A stretch of DNA of 35,288 nucleotides from UHGV virus genome UHGV-0246164. One strand, 5' to 3'. The position numbers and the translations under genes were made by a program. Positions 28,400 through 35,288 of this stretch are shown here, piece after piece. Position 1 is the first letter of the stretch, and each line of letters begins with the position of its first letter. Origin of the DNA: a virus. Under the pieces are notes generated by a model. The model was not told where the DNA came from and searched no databases. It saw only the letters and a list, made by a program, of their open reading frames with translations.

Positions 28400-28431
28400 G
28401 CCCTTTTTCAGGGCTGGAATGTGTAAGAGCG
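28400..28431 (-). promoter_or_regulatory. nutR (boxA + boxB) N-utilisation site
   Basis: Minus strand reads CGCTCTTACACATTCCAGCCCTGAAAAAGGGC, matching lambda nutR boxA/boxB (from memory). Lies between cro and cII. Confidence 0.8.
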
Positions 28432-28439
28432 TTGATAAC

Positions 28440-28670
28440 TTAAGCAGCCATTAATTCAGGCCAGATGCTTTCCCAATCAACCGGATGAAGGTCTTTGCGA
28501 GTCACTTCACCATTGCTGAACTTCTCAATCAGAACACAAAGTGCTGCGCCCAATTCATGATTACGGCTAAGTGCTTTCCTCAAATAGCCGATAGAAGTTC
28601 CGCACTTGGTGGCAAATTCTCTCTGCTCTTCCAGTGAAAGGGAGTTCAGATACAAGCGGAGTTCTTCCAT
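28440..28670 (-). CDS. cro: Cro-like HTH repressor (not lambda Cro)
   Basis: 76 aa with HTH-like segment (EFATKCGTSIGYLRKAL). Divergent from cI across the operator region. AGGAG Shine-Dalgarno upstream. Confidence 0.6.
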   Translation of the reverse strand: MEELRLYLNSLSLEEQREFATKCGTSIGYLRKALSRNHELGAALCVLIEKFSNGEVTRKDLHPVDWESIWPELMAA

Positions 28671-28702
28671 TTGCTATCTCCTTCCCGTTGTTGAATAAGG
28701 TG

Positions 28703-28772
28703 AGTTTACCTGCAGGTAAAAAACAAATCAATACCCACAGGTTATTTACCGATAGGTAATCAAAGATAGAAT
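28703..28772. promoter_or_regulatory. OR region: three operator-like sites with divergent pR and pRM
   Basis: Sites TACCTGCAGGTA (28707-28718), TACCCACAGGTTA (28732-28744), TTACCGATAGGTAA (28746-28759). Candidate pR on minus: TTGATT, 17 nt, TAAACT. Candidate pRM on plus: -10 TAGAAT at 28767-28772, 6 nt before the cI ATG (leaderless). Confidence 0.55.
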
Positions 28773-28778
28773 TAAATC

Positions 28779-29465
28779 ATGGATAAATACGAACAAAGAC
28801 GACTAAGGCTGATAGAGATAAGAGACCGATTCTGTAATGGAAAGGCCTCAGAGTTGGCTCGTCGAATAGAAAGGGAACCATCATACGTTTCCAGAATGCT
28901 GTATCCGGAAGGAAAAAGCGGAAAAAAACGCATTGCTGACGATATGATGGAACTAATTGAAAAATCTTTTAATCTCCCACGCGGATGGATGGACATGCTT
29001 GCAGATAGCAAAGTTGGATCTGCAGACCATCTTGAGTTTGCGGGTAACGTTCGTGCGGGTTTTGTTCCGGTAATTGGTGAAGCCGTTTTGGGAGTTGATG
29101 GCTCAGTGGATATGATTGAATTCAGATCCGGTTGGTTAAGCATCTACAGTGGCGATAAAGATGCTTACGGTCTGAAGGTTAAGGGTGACAGCATGTGGCC
29201 AAGGATTCAGTCAGGAGAATATGTTGTTATTGAACCAAATACGCCAGTACATCCAGGTGATGAAGTCTTTGTAAGGACCAAAGATGGTCATAACATGATA
29301 AAGATCATGAACAAAACAAGAGACGGAGACTATCAGTTTAGTAGTATAAACAGCGATCACCGTCCAATCACTCTTCCTGTTGAAGAAGTTGATAAAATGC
29401 ATTTTGTTTCAGCTATTGTGAAACACACTAGGTACGTAGACCAGGACGATCTGCCAAAATTTTGA
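28779..29465 (+). CDS. cI: CI-type prophage repressor (HTH plus S24 LexA-like autopeptidase domain)
   Basis: 228 aa with a candidate Ala-Gly cleavage site (NVRAGF), catalytic Ser in GDSMWP and a downstream Lys (RTKDG). Divergent from cro. Not lambda cI. Confidence 0.8.
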   Translation: MDKYEQRRLRLIEIRDRFCNGKASELARRIEREPSYVSRMLYPEGKSGKKRIADDMMELIEKSFNLPRGWMDMLADSKVGSADHLEFAGNVRAGFVPVIGEAVLGVDGSVDMIEFRSGWLSIYSGDKDAYGLKVKGDSMWPRIQSGEYVVIEPNTPVHPGDEVFVRTKDGHNMIKIMNKTRDGDYQFSSINSDHRPITLPVEEVDKMHFVSAIVKHTRYVDQDDLPKF

Positions 29466-29479
29466 GGATAAAGCAGCAA

Positions 29480-29776
29480 ATGTTTATACCAGGTATAGTG
29501 GTCGCTGTTGTAATCATCTGCTTCATATGGGCAAAGTTATCTCCTGTAAGCTCTAAGCATACAGCTGAACTCATGAAGAAGAAGCATCTTATACATGAGG
29601 CAGAAACGATAATTAAGAAGTTCAAAGGCATGTCATATGACGACATGTCATCAGATCAGATTGCTATGTATAAATGCGCCATTGAGCGTCTTGACTACTT
29701 AAACGGACTCAAACCCAAACACACCCCGGTAGAATCAAAATTGCCGCAATGGCCAAGCAATCCAAATAGCTTCTGA
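29480..29776 (+). CDS. Single-pass membrane protein co-transcribed with cI (rexAB position)
   Basis: ATG 29480 with GAGGA 11 nt upstream (an in-frame TTG at 29462 overlaps the cI stop). N-terminal hydrophobic segment FIPGIVVAVVIICFIWA, then an 80 aa charged domain. Terminator follows. Confidence 0.55.
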   Translation: MFIPGIVVAVVIICFIWAKLSPVSSKHTAELMKKKHLIHEAETIIKKFKGMSYDDMSSDQIAMYKCAIERLDYLNGLKPKHTPVESKLPQWPSNPNSF

Positions 29777-29787
29777 CATCTCCTTTC

Positions 29788-29810
29788 AGCCCGCAAAGCG
29801 GGCTTTTTTA
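29788..29810 (+). terminator. Intrinsic terminator ending the cI operon
   Basis: AGCCCGC-AAA-GCGGGCT followed by TTTTTTAT, 12 nt after the membrane protein stop. Confidence 0.75.
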
Positions 29811-29830
29811 TATCAATCCAAAAAATTAAT

Positions 29831-29914
29831 TACCTGAAAATTCAAACAGGTAAACTCTCACACCAATTTTATTTACCTGCAGGTATAGACAACAGTTTTA
29901 CCTGTAGGTATATT
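29831..29914 (+). promoter_or_regulatory. OL operators and candidate pL promoter
   Basis: TACCTG-n10-CAGGTA (29831-29852), TACCTGCAGGTA (29874-29885), TACCTGTAGGTA (29899-29910). Candidate -35 TAGACA (29886-29891), 17 nt, -10 TATATT (29909-29914). Confidence 0.55.
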
Positions 29915-29954
29915 TTAAGCCATCAGCAGGACGCACTAACCACCATGAAGGTGA

Positions 29955-29985
29955 GGCTCTTAAAAATTAAGCCCTGAAGAAGGGC
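29955..29985 (+). promoter_or_regulatory. nutL (boxA + boxB)
   Basis: GGCTCTTAAAAATTAA followed by GCCCTGAAGAAGGGC, matching lambda nutL (from memory). Confidence 0.8.
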
Positions 29986-30253
29986 AGCATTCAAAGCAGA
30001 AGGCTTTGGGGTGTGGTGAAGCCAGCTAGTCACTGGCAAGTGCTTACCTACTGTTGAGCGGTGAAGCGCTCCCAACGCTAGCAATAGCGTGGACGAGATG
30101 GGGAGCCGCGGGCGATAAGGCCGCCATAACGCGCACGTTGTCGCATGGAAAAATCGCTGGGGTGCCGGTTATACCCCTCCGAATGAGACTCAACAAGCTG
30201 GAGCTAGACTACCAGCCACCACACCACCAAAGCTAACTGACAGGAGAATCCAG

Positions 30254-30586
30254 ATGGATGCACAAACACGCCGCCGCGAACGTCGCGCAGAGAAACAGGC
30301 TCAATGGAAAGCAGCAAATCCCCTGTTGGTTGGGGTAAGCGCAAAACCAGTTAACCGCCCTATTCTCTCGCTGAATCGCAAACCGAAATCACGAGTAGAA
30401 AGCGCACTGAATCCAATAGACCTTACAGTGCTGGCTGAATACCACGAACAGATTGAAAGCAACCTGCAACGTATTGAGCGCAAGAATCAGCGCACATGGT
30501 ACAGCAAGCCACGCAGTGAAATGGGGGTGACTTGTGTTGGTCGCCAGAAAATGAAATTAGGCAGTAAGCTACTGTATGAGGGGTGA
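30254..30586 (+). CDS. N: Antiterminator N (lambda-type)
   Basis: MDAQTRRRERRAEKQAQWKAANPLLVGVSAKPVNRPILSLNRKPKSRVESALNPIDLTVLAEYH..., near-identical to lambda N as I recall it, including the Arg-rich boxB-binding motif. AGGAG Shine-Dalgarno. Confidence 0.9.
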   Translation: MDAQTRRRERRAEKQAQWKAANPLLVGVSAKPVNRPILSLNRKPKSRVESALNPIDLTVLAEYHEQIESNLQRIERKNQRTWYSKPRSEMGVTCVGRQKMKLGSKLLYEG

Positions 30587-30589
30587 GAT

Positions 30590-30778
30590 ATGCATAAATG
30601 TCAGTTCTGTGGATACATGTTTGAATCAAATGAAATGCAACGTATTTCGTTAAACCTTATCGGTAGGCCATACAACATTTGCCTAGGATGTAGCGAGAAA
30701 TACAAAAACAAAGACATGTGGGACGACAATAAAAACGATATCGACTGGAATAAAGTGCCATGTATTGATGATAGTTAA
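30590..30778 (+). CDS. Small zinc-ribbon-like protein (CxxC...CxxC) in the ral position
   Basis: 62 aa with C4/C7 and C31/C34 pairs. AT-rich. Begins 4 nt after the N stop. Confidence 0.45.
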   Translation: MHKCQFCGYMFESNEMQRISLNLIGRPYNICLGCSEKYKNKDMWDDNKNDIDWNKVPCIDDS

Positions 30779-30826
30779 AAATAATTATGCCGCATAGTCG
30801 GCCTTCTTTTGGCATAAACAACAGAG

Positions 30827-31111
30827 GTGGATATGAAAGAGTTTAAGGGTACGCCTGGTAAATGGAAGTACACGGTTAGAAACGTCAACGAGATGATGAC
30901 TACGTTCCATGGTGTGACGATTGGTGACACATACATTGAAGCAGCAACAAGAAATGAAAGGGAGGATGCGCTACTGATAGCAGCAGCTCCTTATTTGCTT
31001 GAAGCACTGCAAGAGCTTGTCTTCCTTTACGAGCATGACGAAGGGTGCAGAGAGTTAACCGAATACAAACGAGCCAAGGCAGCCATCAGCAAGGCCCTGG
31101 GGGAAGAATGA
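30827..31111 (+). CDS. Hypothetical protein
   Basis: 94 aa ORF. Its TGA stop overlaps the start of the next ORF (ATGATGA). Confidence 0.45.
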   Translation: MDMKEFKGTPGKWKYTVRNVNEMMTTFHGVTIGDTYIEAATRNEREDALLIAAAPYLLEALQELVFLYEHDEGCRELTEYKRAKAAISKALGEE

Positions 31112-31269
31112 TGAATAAGAAATACATTGTTGAAGTTATAGAGCGAGAAACGAAAGAAGTAATTAAACATTTCGAATTTGATAATTATAGAAAAGCTGAC
31201 CGCGTAGAAGAGGGATTGTTGCGACAAAGTAATCTCGAAAAATTTGATGTTGTCATGCGATGCGAATAA
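31108..31269 (+). CDS. Hypothetical small protein
   Basis: Preferred start MMNKKYIVEV at 31108 (the track ORF begins at 31045). GGGGA upstream. Translationally coupled to the preceding gene. Confidence 0.4.
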   Translation: MMNKKYIVEVIERETKEVIKHFEFDNYRKADRVEEGLLRQSNLEKFDVVMRCE

Positions 31270-31362
31270 GCACCTATAGCAGATTTGCGAGTCTGCTATG
31301 TGAGCAATGTCGCTCGTAACTAAACAGGAGCCGACTTGTTCTGATTATTGGAAATCTTCTTT

Positions 31363-31388
31363 GCCCTCCAATGTGAGGGCCTTTTTAT
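31363..31388 (+). terminator. Intrinsic terminator within the early-left operon
   Basis: GCCCTC-CAATGT-GAGGGC followed by CTTTTTATAT. Confidence 0.55.
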
Positions 31389-31452
31389 ATGCATACCAAT
31401 AACGCTTCACTCGAGGCGTTTTCGTTATGCAATCAAACAGAAGGAGCATCCT

Positions 31453-31623
31453 ATGCAACAGTTCGCTATTGCAGGGGCGGCATCGGTTCGCCCTTTCAAC
31501 CCGATTTTATCGGTACAGCATTCACGAAAAAATATTTTAACCGGAGCAGACTTTAAACAACCAAGAATGAAAAGTTTGCTCGAAAAGCTTTGGGATATTT
31601 TGAAACAACAAGGCCGTCCATGA
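31453..31623 (+). CDS. CIII-like small protein (candidate FtsH inhibitor)
   Basis: Preferred start ATG 31453 with AAGGAG 6 nt upstream. MQQFAIAG...LLEKLWDILKQQGRP parallels lambda CIII (MQYAIAGW...LIDILNQPG, from memory). Confidence 0.5.
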   Translation: MQQFAIAGAASVRPFNPILSVQHSRKNILTGADFKQPRMKSLLEKLWDILKQQGRP

Positions 31624-31704
31624 GTTTTACAGATAACTGGTCAGACGAAGAATTCATTCGTCAGATGAACAAAATGCTCAATCAGCACAAAGAACAGGAG
31701 AAAG

Positions 31705-32016
31705 ATGATGATTCTGACTCTGAATGATAAGCGTGAAATATCGCAAATAATCGCAAGTTTTACTGATGAAGATTACGAACGAATCAACAGTGAAGTTGAT
31801 CGCCTCTGCAAACGTTGCGACCCAATAAGCGAAATGCTTCGCTCATATAAACCAGATGAACACACTAAGGACGCTATCGACTGGCTGGAAGATGATGACT
31901 GTAACTATCAGGAAAAAGCCGCTGAATGGTTCTGGGATGCAATAACCGAAAGAGTTAAGGCTGAATATGCTTTCGCAATATTCAAACGCAGACACATTTA
32001 TGGAGAAGCAGCATGA
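31705..32016 (+). CDS. Hypothetical acidic protein upstream of recT
   Basis: 103 aa, AGGAG 5 nt upstream. 4-nt overlap with the recT start. Confidence 0.5.
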   Translation: MMILTLNDKREISQIIASFTDEDYERINSEVDRLCKRCDPISEMLRSYKPDEHTKDAIDWLEDDDCNYQEKAAEWFWDAITERVKAEYAFAIFKRRHIYGEAA

Positions 32017-32924
32017 GCAATATCGTTGAATTCGTTAAACAGCAAGAGCAGTTATTCTGCGGAGCATTGACTGAACAGACGGTGACATGGGCTAAGGAAA
32101 GCCAGTTTGCAATTCAGTATTTCCAGAAAAACGATTACCTGGCTAAAACAGCACTGGCAAATCCAACAAGCGCACAGAACGCCATCATCAATGTTGCGGC
32201 GATCGGCATCACCTTAAACCCGGCTAGCAAACTGGCTTATCTGGTTCCGCGCGACGGCATGGTATGCCTTGATATCAGTTACATGGGATTGCTCCATATT
32301 GCAATGGAGTCTGGTGTTATCTCATGGGGTCAGGCAAAACTTGTTCATGCTAACGATACCTATGAGTCAAACGGGCTTGATAAAGCACCAACCCATAAAT
32401 ACAAAGCCTTCGGTGACCGTGGTGATATCGTTGGCGTTTACTGCACAGTTAAGACGCCAGCAGGTGATTATCTAACGGAAGAGATGAGTCTGGCTGAAAT
32501 TGAGGCTGTAAGGAAAACAAGCAAGGCAGCATTCAGCGATAAAGGACCATGGGTAAATCACTGGAATGAGATGGCGCGAAAGACGGTCGTAAAGCGTGCA
32601 AGCAAGTATTGGCCTAAGGCATCACGTCTTGATAGTGCTATTCACGTACTAAACGAAGAAGAAGGTGTATGGACTGAACCAGTTATGCCGCACAAATCAG
32701 AGGAAGATATCCGCGAAGATGAACGGAAACGCCAGCAGGAAATAACGGATAAAGCACAACTTCTTTGTGATGAAATGGCTCAGGCTGAAAACATGGATGA
32801 TTTGAAGAGATATTTTGCAGAAGCATATCGCCTGACATCTGGAATGAAATTGCAGCAGAACGTACAAGCCATTTACATAGAATGCAAAGCGAAACTGGAG
32901 GTTGCCAGTGAGCAAACTGTATGA
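32013..32924 (+). CDS. recT: RecT-family single-strand annealing recombinase
   Basis: 303 aa. GPWVNHWNEMARKTVVKRASKYWP matches the RecT motif (Rac RecT GPWVTHWEEMAKKTAIRRLFKYLP, from memory). Confidence 0.8.
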   Translation: MSNIVEFVKQQEQLFCGALTEQTVTWAKESQFAIQYFQKNDYLAKTALANPTSAQNAIINVAAIGITLNPASKLAYLVPRDGMVCLDISYMGLLHIAMESGVISWGQAKLVHANDTYESNGLDKAPTHKYKAFGDRGDIVGVYCTVKTPAGDYLTEEMSLAEIEAVRKTSKAAFSDKGPWVNHWNEMARKTVVKRASKYWPKASRLDSAIHVLNEEEGVWTEPVMPHKSEEDIREDERKRQQEITDKAQLLCDEMAQAENMDDLKRYFAEAYRLTSGMKLQQNVQAIYIECKAKLEVASEQTV

Positions 32925-33390
32925 AATTGCCAATGAATATGCAAAATTGATGGATTCAGATTTAGAACCAGAGATGATTGCTGACACAATAGAAGGAATG
33001 GAAGGAGAATTTACCGATAAAATAGAGCAACTTCTCGCCATTATTAAAAATGAATCTGGTTATGCTGAACGCCTCAAGGACGAGGCAAAGTCACTGAATG
33101 AACGAGCCGCAGTAATTCAAAATAAGATTGACAGCATTATGGCGTATATAGCGTCATCGCTTGAAATGGTTGGCAAGAAAAAGATTCGAGCAGGTATTCA
33201 CCAGGTAACAATCCGCAAACCGTCAGAAACTGTAGAAATCATCGACTCAAGCGCCCTTCCTCCTGAATACGTTGAGTTTGAAACGACAATTAAAGCCGAC
33301 AAACTGGCAATCAAACACCAACTAAAAGCAGGAATAAATATCCCCGGCGCTCAACTCAAAGTTGGGAAACCTTCACTTCTTATCAAATAA
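32908..33390 (+). CDS. Recombination-module protein (possibly Gp157-like)
   Basis: Preferred start GTG 32908 with GGAGG upstream (the track ORF begins at TTG 32902). 160 aa, coiled-coil-rich, overlapping the recT 3' end. Confidence 0.45.
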   Translation: MSKLYEIANEYAKLMDSDLEPEMIADTIEGMEGEFTDKIEQLLAIIKNESGYAERLKDEAKSLNERAAVIQNKIDSIMAYIASSLEMVGKKKIRAGIHQVTIRKPSETVEIIDSSALPPEYVEFETTIKADKLAIKHQLKAGINIPGAQLKVGKPSLLIK

Positions 33391-33716
33391 TGGTATCGCC
33401 TATGAAAAAGACTCCATGGGAGAAATGGGAAGTCGATTTCTTGCGCGAAGTAGCGGCGACAATGCCAGTTGAAGTTATCGCTGAAAAACTGGAAAGGACT
33501 GAAAAAGCAGTAATGGCGAAAGCAACAAGGATTGGCGCTGACATTGTTAGCCGACTTCGTGGAAGACGCTGGACAAGAGCCGAAGTATCACTTTTCGGTA
33601 AGTTCTCCGCAGAAGAAATAGCAATTGCAACCTGCCGCTCAATTTATTCAGTAAGAGCTATGCGATACAAGCTAAAAAAACTCGATGAAGAAAGAGCAGG
33701 CATACGAATAAATTAA
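33390..33716 (+). CDS. Hypothetical protein with two Trp-containing helix repeats
   Basis: 108 aa with internal repeat [14 protein letters not shown] / [14 protein letters not shown]. Overlaps the upstream stop. Confidence 0.45.
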   Translation: MVSPMKKTPWEKWEVDFLREVAATMPVEVIAEKLERTEKAVMAKATRIGADIVSRLRGRRWTRAEVSLFGKFSAEEIAIATCRSIYSVRAMRYKLKKLDEERAGIRIN

Positions 33717-33732
33717 CAAAGAGGAATTTACC

Positions 33733-33897
33733 ATGAGAGGACTTGCATACAATCCCGGCATTCTTCCGGCAGAAATGATTATTCGCCAACGCGTAAAGCC
33801 AATGCCATCGAGAGAGGAATTGCTTAAGAGAAAGAGTTTCGGTTCTGTTAATGACAACAAATATCTGAATGCGATGTGGCGGAGTGGGAAGAAATGA
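33733..33897 (+). CDS. Small ORF (54 aa) translationally coupled to the HNH gene
   Basis: ATG 33733 with GAGGA 8 nt upstream. Stop TGA 33895-33897 overlaps ATG 33894 of the HNH gene (ATGA). Below the ORF-track size cutoff. Confidence 0.35.
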   Translation: MRGLAYNPGILPAEMIIRQRVKPMPSREELLKRKSFGSVNDNKYLNAMWRSGKK

Positions 33898-34853
33898 AAC
33901 AAATGTCACTAATTGAGATGGATGGTTTTCTGAAAGGTAAATGCATCCCATGTGATTTAAAGGTTAACGAAACAAACGCTGAATATCTGGTGCGTAAATT
34001 TGCTGAAGCGGAGGCCAAGTGCGCGGCGCTGGCTGCGGAGAATGCGGGGCTGAAAGACACTCTATCAGCAGTGATTGACCGCAGTAACGAGCCTGATTAT
34101 CAAAGCATCGGAATGGGCTGTGGTGTTGAGGATAACGGTCTTCAGACTGACGGTTATAACGCCTGTGAATATGGATGGCGCGAAGCAATGGATCGCATTT
34201 ACTCAGAAGTTATTCCAGACACTATTCCTGAAACCCCGGCGACAGACGCCTTCCTGGCTGAAGTTAGGCGTGAGGCATCTGAACCACTCCAGAAGGAAAT
34301 TGAAATCCTTAATAAGAATCTGCTCATGTCTGTTGGCGATATCAGAGACCTTATTGACTACAACCCTGAAACTGGAGTTCTTACCGCGAAAGTCAACTTT
34401 GCAGGTCGTCAGGAAGGAGCAATTATTGGCTCTCAAACTTGGCAGGGCTATTACGCCTTTTCGCTGTTTGGCAAGAAGTGCTTTGCTCACCGTCTAGCAT
34501 GGCTTCTACATTACGGAGAATGGCCTTCCCAGCCTATCGACCATATCAATGGCATCAAGAAAGACAACAGCATAAGAAACCTGCGCCTTTGCTCTCTATC
34601 GCAGAATCAATTCAACAAACCAACCCAGAAAAATAACACCACTGGTGTCAAGGGGGTCTATTGGAATAAGCGCGATAAGCGATATGTAGCAAGCGTTCAA
34701 TTTAACGGGAAGAAGTACAGCGCAGGGCACCATAAGGATATCGAAAGCGCAAAGGAAGCCGTTATGAAGCTAAGAGAAAAACTTGCAGGCGAATTTACTA
34801 ACCATGGTGAATTCGAACTCGCCGACCAGTTACGACAGGGAGCAGCGCTATGA
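33894..34853 (+). CDS. HNH endonuclease with AP2 domain and an N-terminal domain of unknown function
   Basis: C-terminal HNH ([28 protein letters not shown]) and AP2 ([28 protein letters not shown]) parallel the HNH gene at 24204-24710. N-terminal 180 aa unassigned. Start ATG 33894 (track GTG 33876). Confidence 0.7.
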   Translation: MKQMSLIEMDGFLKGKCIPCDLKVNETNAEYLVRKFAEAEAKCAALAAENAGLKDTLSAVIDRSNEPDYQSIGMGCGVEDNGLQTDGYNACEYGWREAMDRIYSEVIPDTIPETPATDAFLAEVRREASEPLQKEIEILNKNLLMSVGDIRDLIDYNPETGVLTAKVNFAGRQEGAIIGSQTWQGYYAFSLFGKKCFAHRLAWLLHYGEWPSQPIDHINGIKKDNSIRNLRLCSLSQNQFNKPTQKNNTTGVKGVYWNKRDKRYVASVQFNGKKYSAGHHKDIESAKEAVMKLREKLAGEFTNHGEFELADQLRQGAAL

Positions 34854-35122
34854 GAAAATCATACATCGTTATTCAGCAGTACTGGTGGTGCAACGAGAAA
34901 GGCCATGGAGTTGAATACACGACAGACGGCGTTGACTTCGATAAGCGCGATAAGGCAATCAAGCATGGTCTGAAAACACAAGGTAGTGATGATTTCAACA
35001 TCGGCGTTATCGAAGGCGGTAAGCTTGTTTCCTTCGACTGGATGAATGAGCCAGTGGGTGAAAGTGCAGAGACACTTGCTGAAATTGCAGAAGCCATCGG
35101 TTACGAAGGAACCGCCCAATGA
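34850..35122 (+). CDS. Hypothetical protein
   Basis: 90 aa ORF with ATGA overlaps at both ends. Confidence 0.45.
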   Translation: MRKSYIVIQQYWWCNEKGHGVEYTTDGVDFDKRDKAIKHGLKTQGSDDFNIGVIEGGKLVSFDWMNEPVGESAETLAEIAEAIGYEGTAQ

Positions 35123-35288
35123 GCAACATAGACAAACAGGCCATACAAGCAGTTGCTGATTTAAAGGCGGGCTACACCCTTGGTAGAACTGACGTTGCGA
35201 TTCTGAATGAGCTGGTGCGTATCGCGCTGGGGCTGCTGGATGAGCTGGAAGCCGCAGAGAAGCGTATTGCTGAACTGGAAGCGCGTGC
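35119..35288 (+). CDS. Hypothetical protein, N-terminal part (runs off the window end)
   Basis: ATG 35119 (MSNIDKQAIQAVADLKAGYTLGRTDV...), open to the end of the window. Confidence 0.4.
   Translation, partial: MSNIDKQAIQAVADLKAGYTLGRTDVAILNELVRIALGLLDELEAAEKRIAELEAR

Noticed and set aside
1-35288. CRISPR arrays, integrase and attL/attR core repeats
   Set aside because: No spaced direct-repeat arrays are seen, and the window begins and ends inside phage operons, so the integration module and prophage ends must lie outside it.

Overview
This window is a near-complete interior slice of a mosaic lambdoid prophage of an enterobacterial host, with no rRNA, tRNA, CRISPR, integrase or att site visible. 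All calls are by eye from the sequence and ORF track; similarities to lambda and other named proteins are from memory and no database search was run. Coordinates 1-22001 (minus strand) hold the late operon: a lambda-like lysis cassette (S, R, Rz/Rz1), terminase, portal, head genes and a contractile-tail/baseplate module with a -1 frameshifted chaperone. Coordinates 22626-28320 (minus) hold a Q-family antiterminator, the nin region (RusA, NinB, an inserted HNH endonuclease) and an O-like initiator with embedded ori iterons plus a DnaC-like loader. The immunity region (28400-29985) combines lambda-identical nutR, cII, nutL and N with a different cro/cI pair and its own TACCTGCAGGTA-type operators. 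The early-left operon (30254-35288, plus strand) carries N, small ORFs, a cIII-like gene, RecT and a second HNH-AP2 endonuclease. The best candidates for an undescribed system are (1) a small membrane protein translationally linked to cI in the rexAB position, (2) a low-GC moron inside the baseplate cluster carrying a secreted protein plus a Phd-like/Doc pair, and (3) two adjacent HExxH proteins between lysis and terminase genes.
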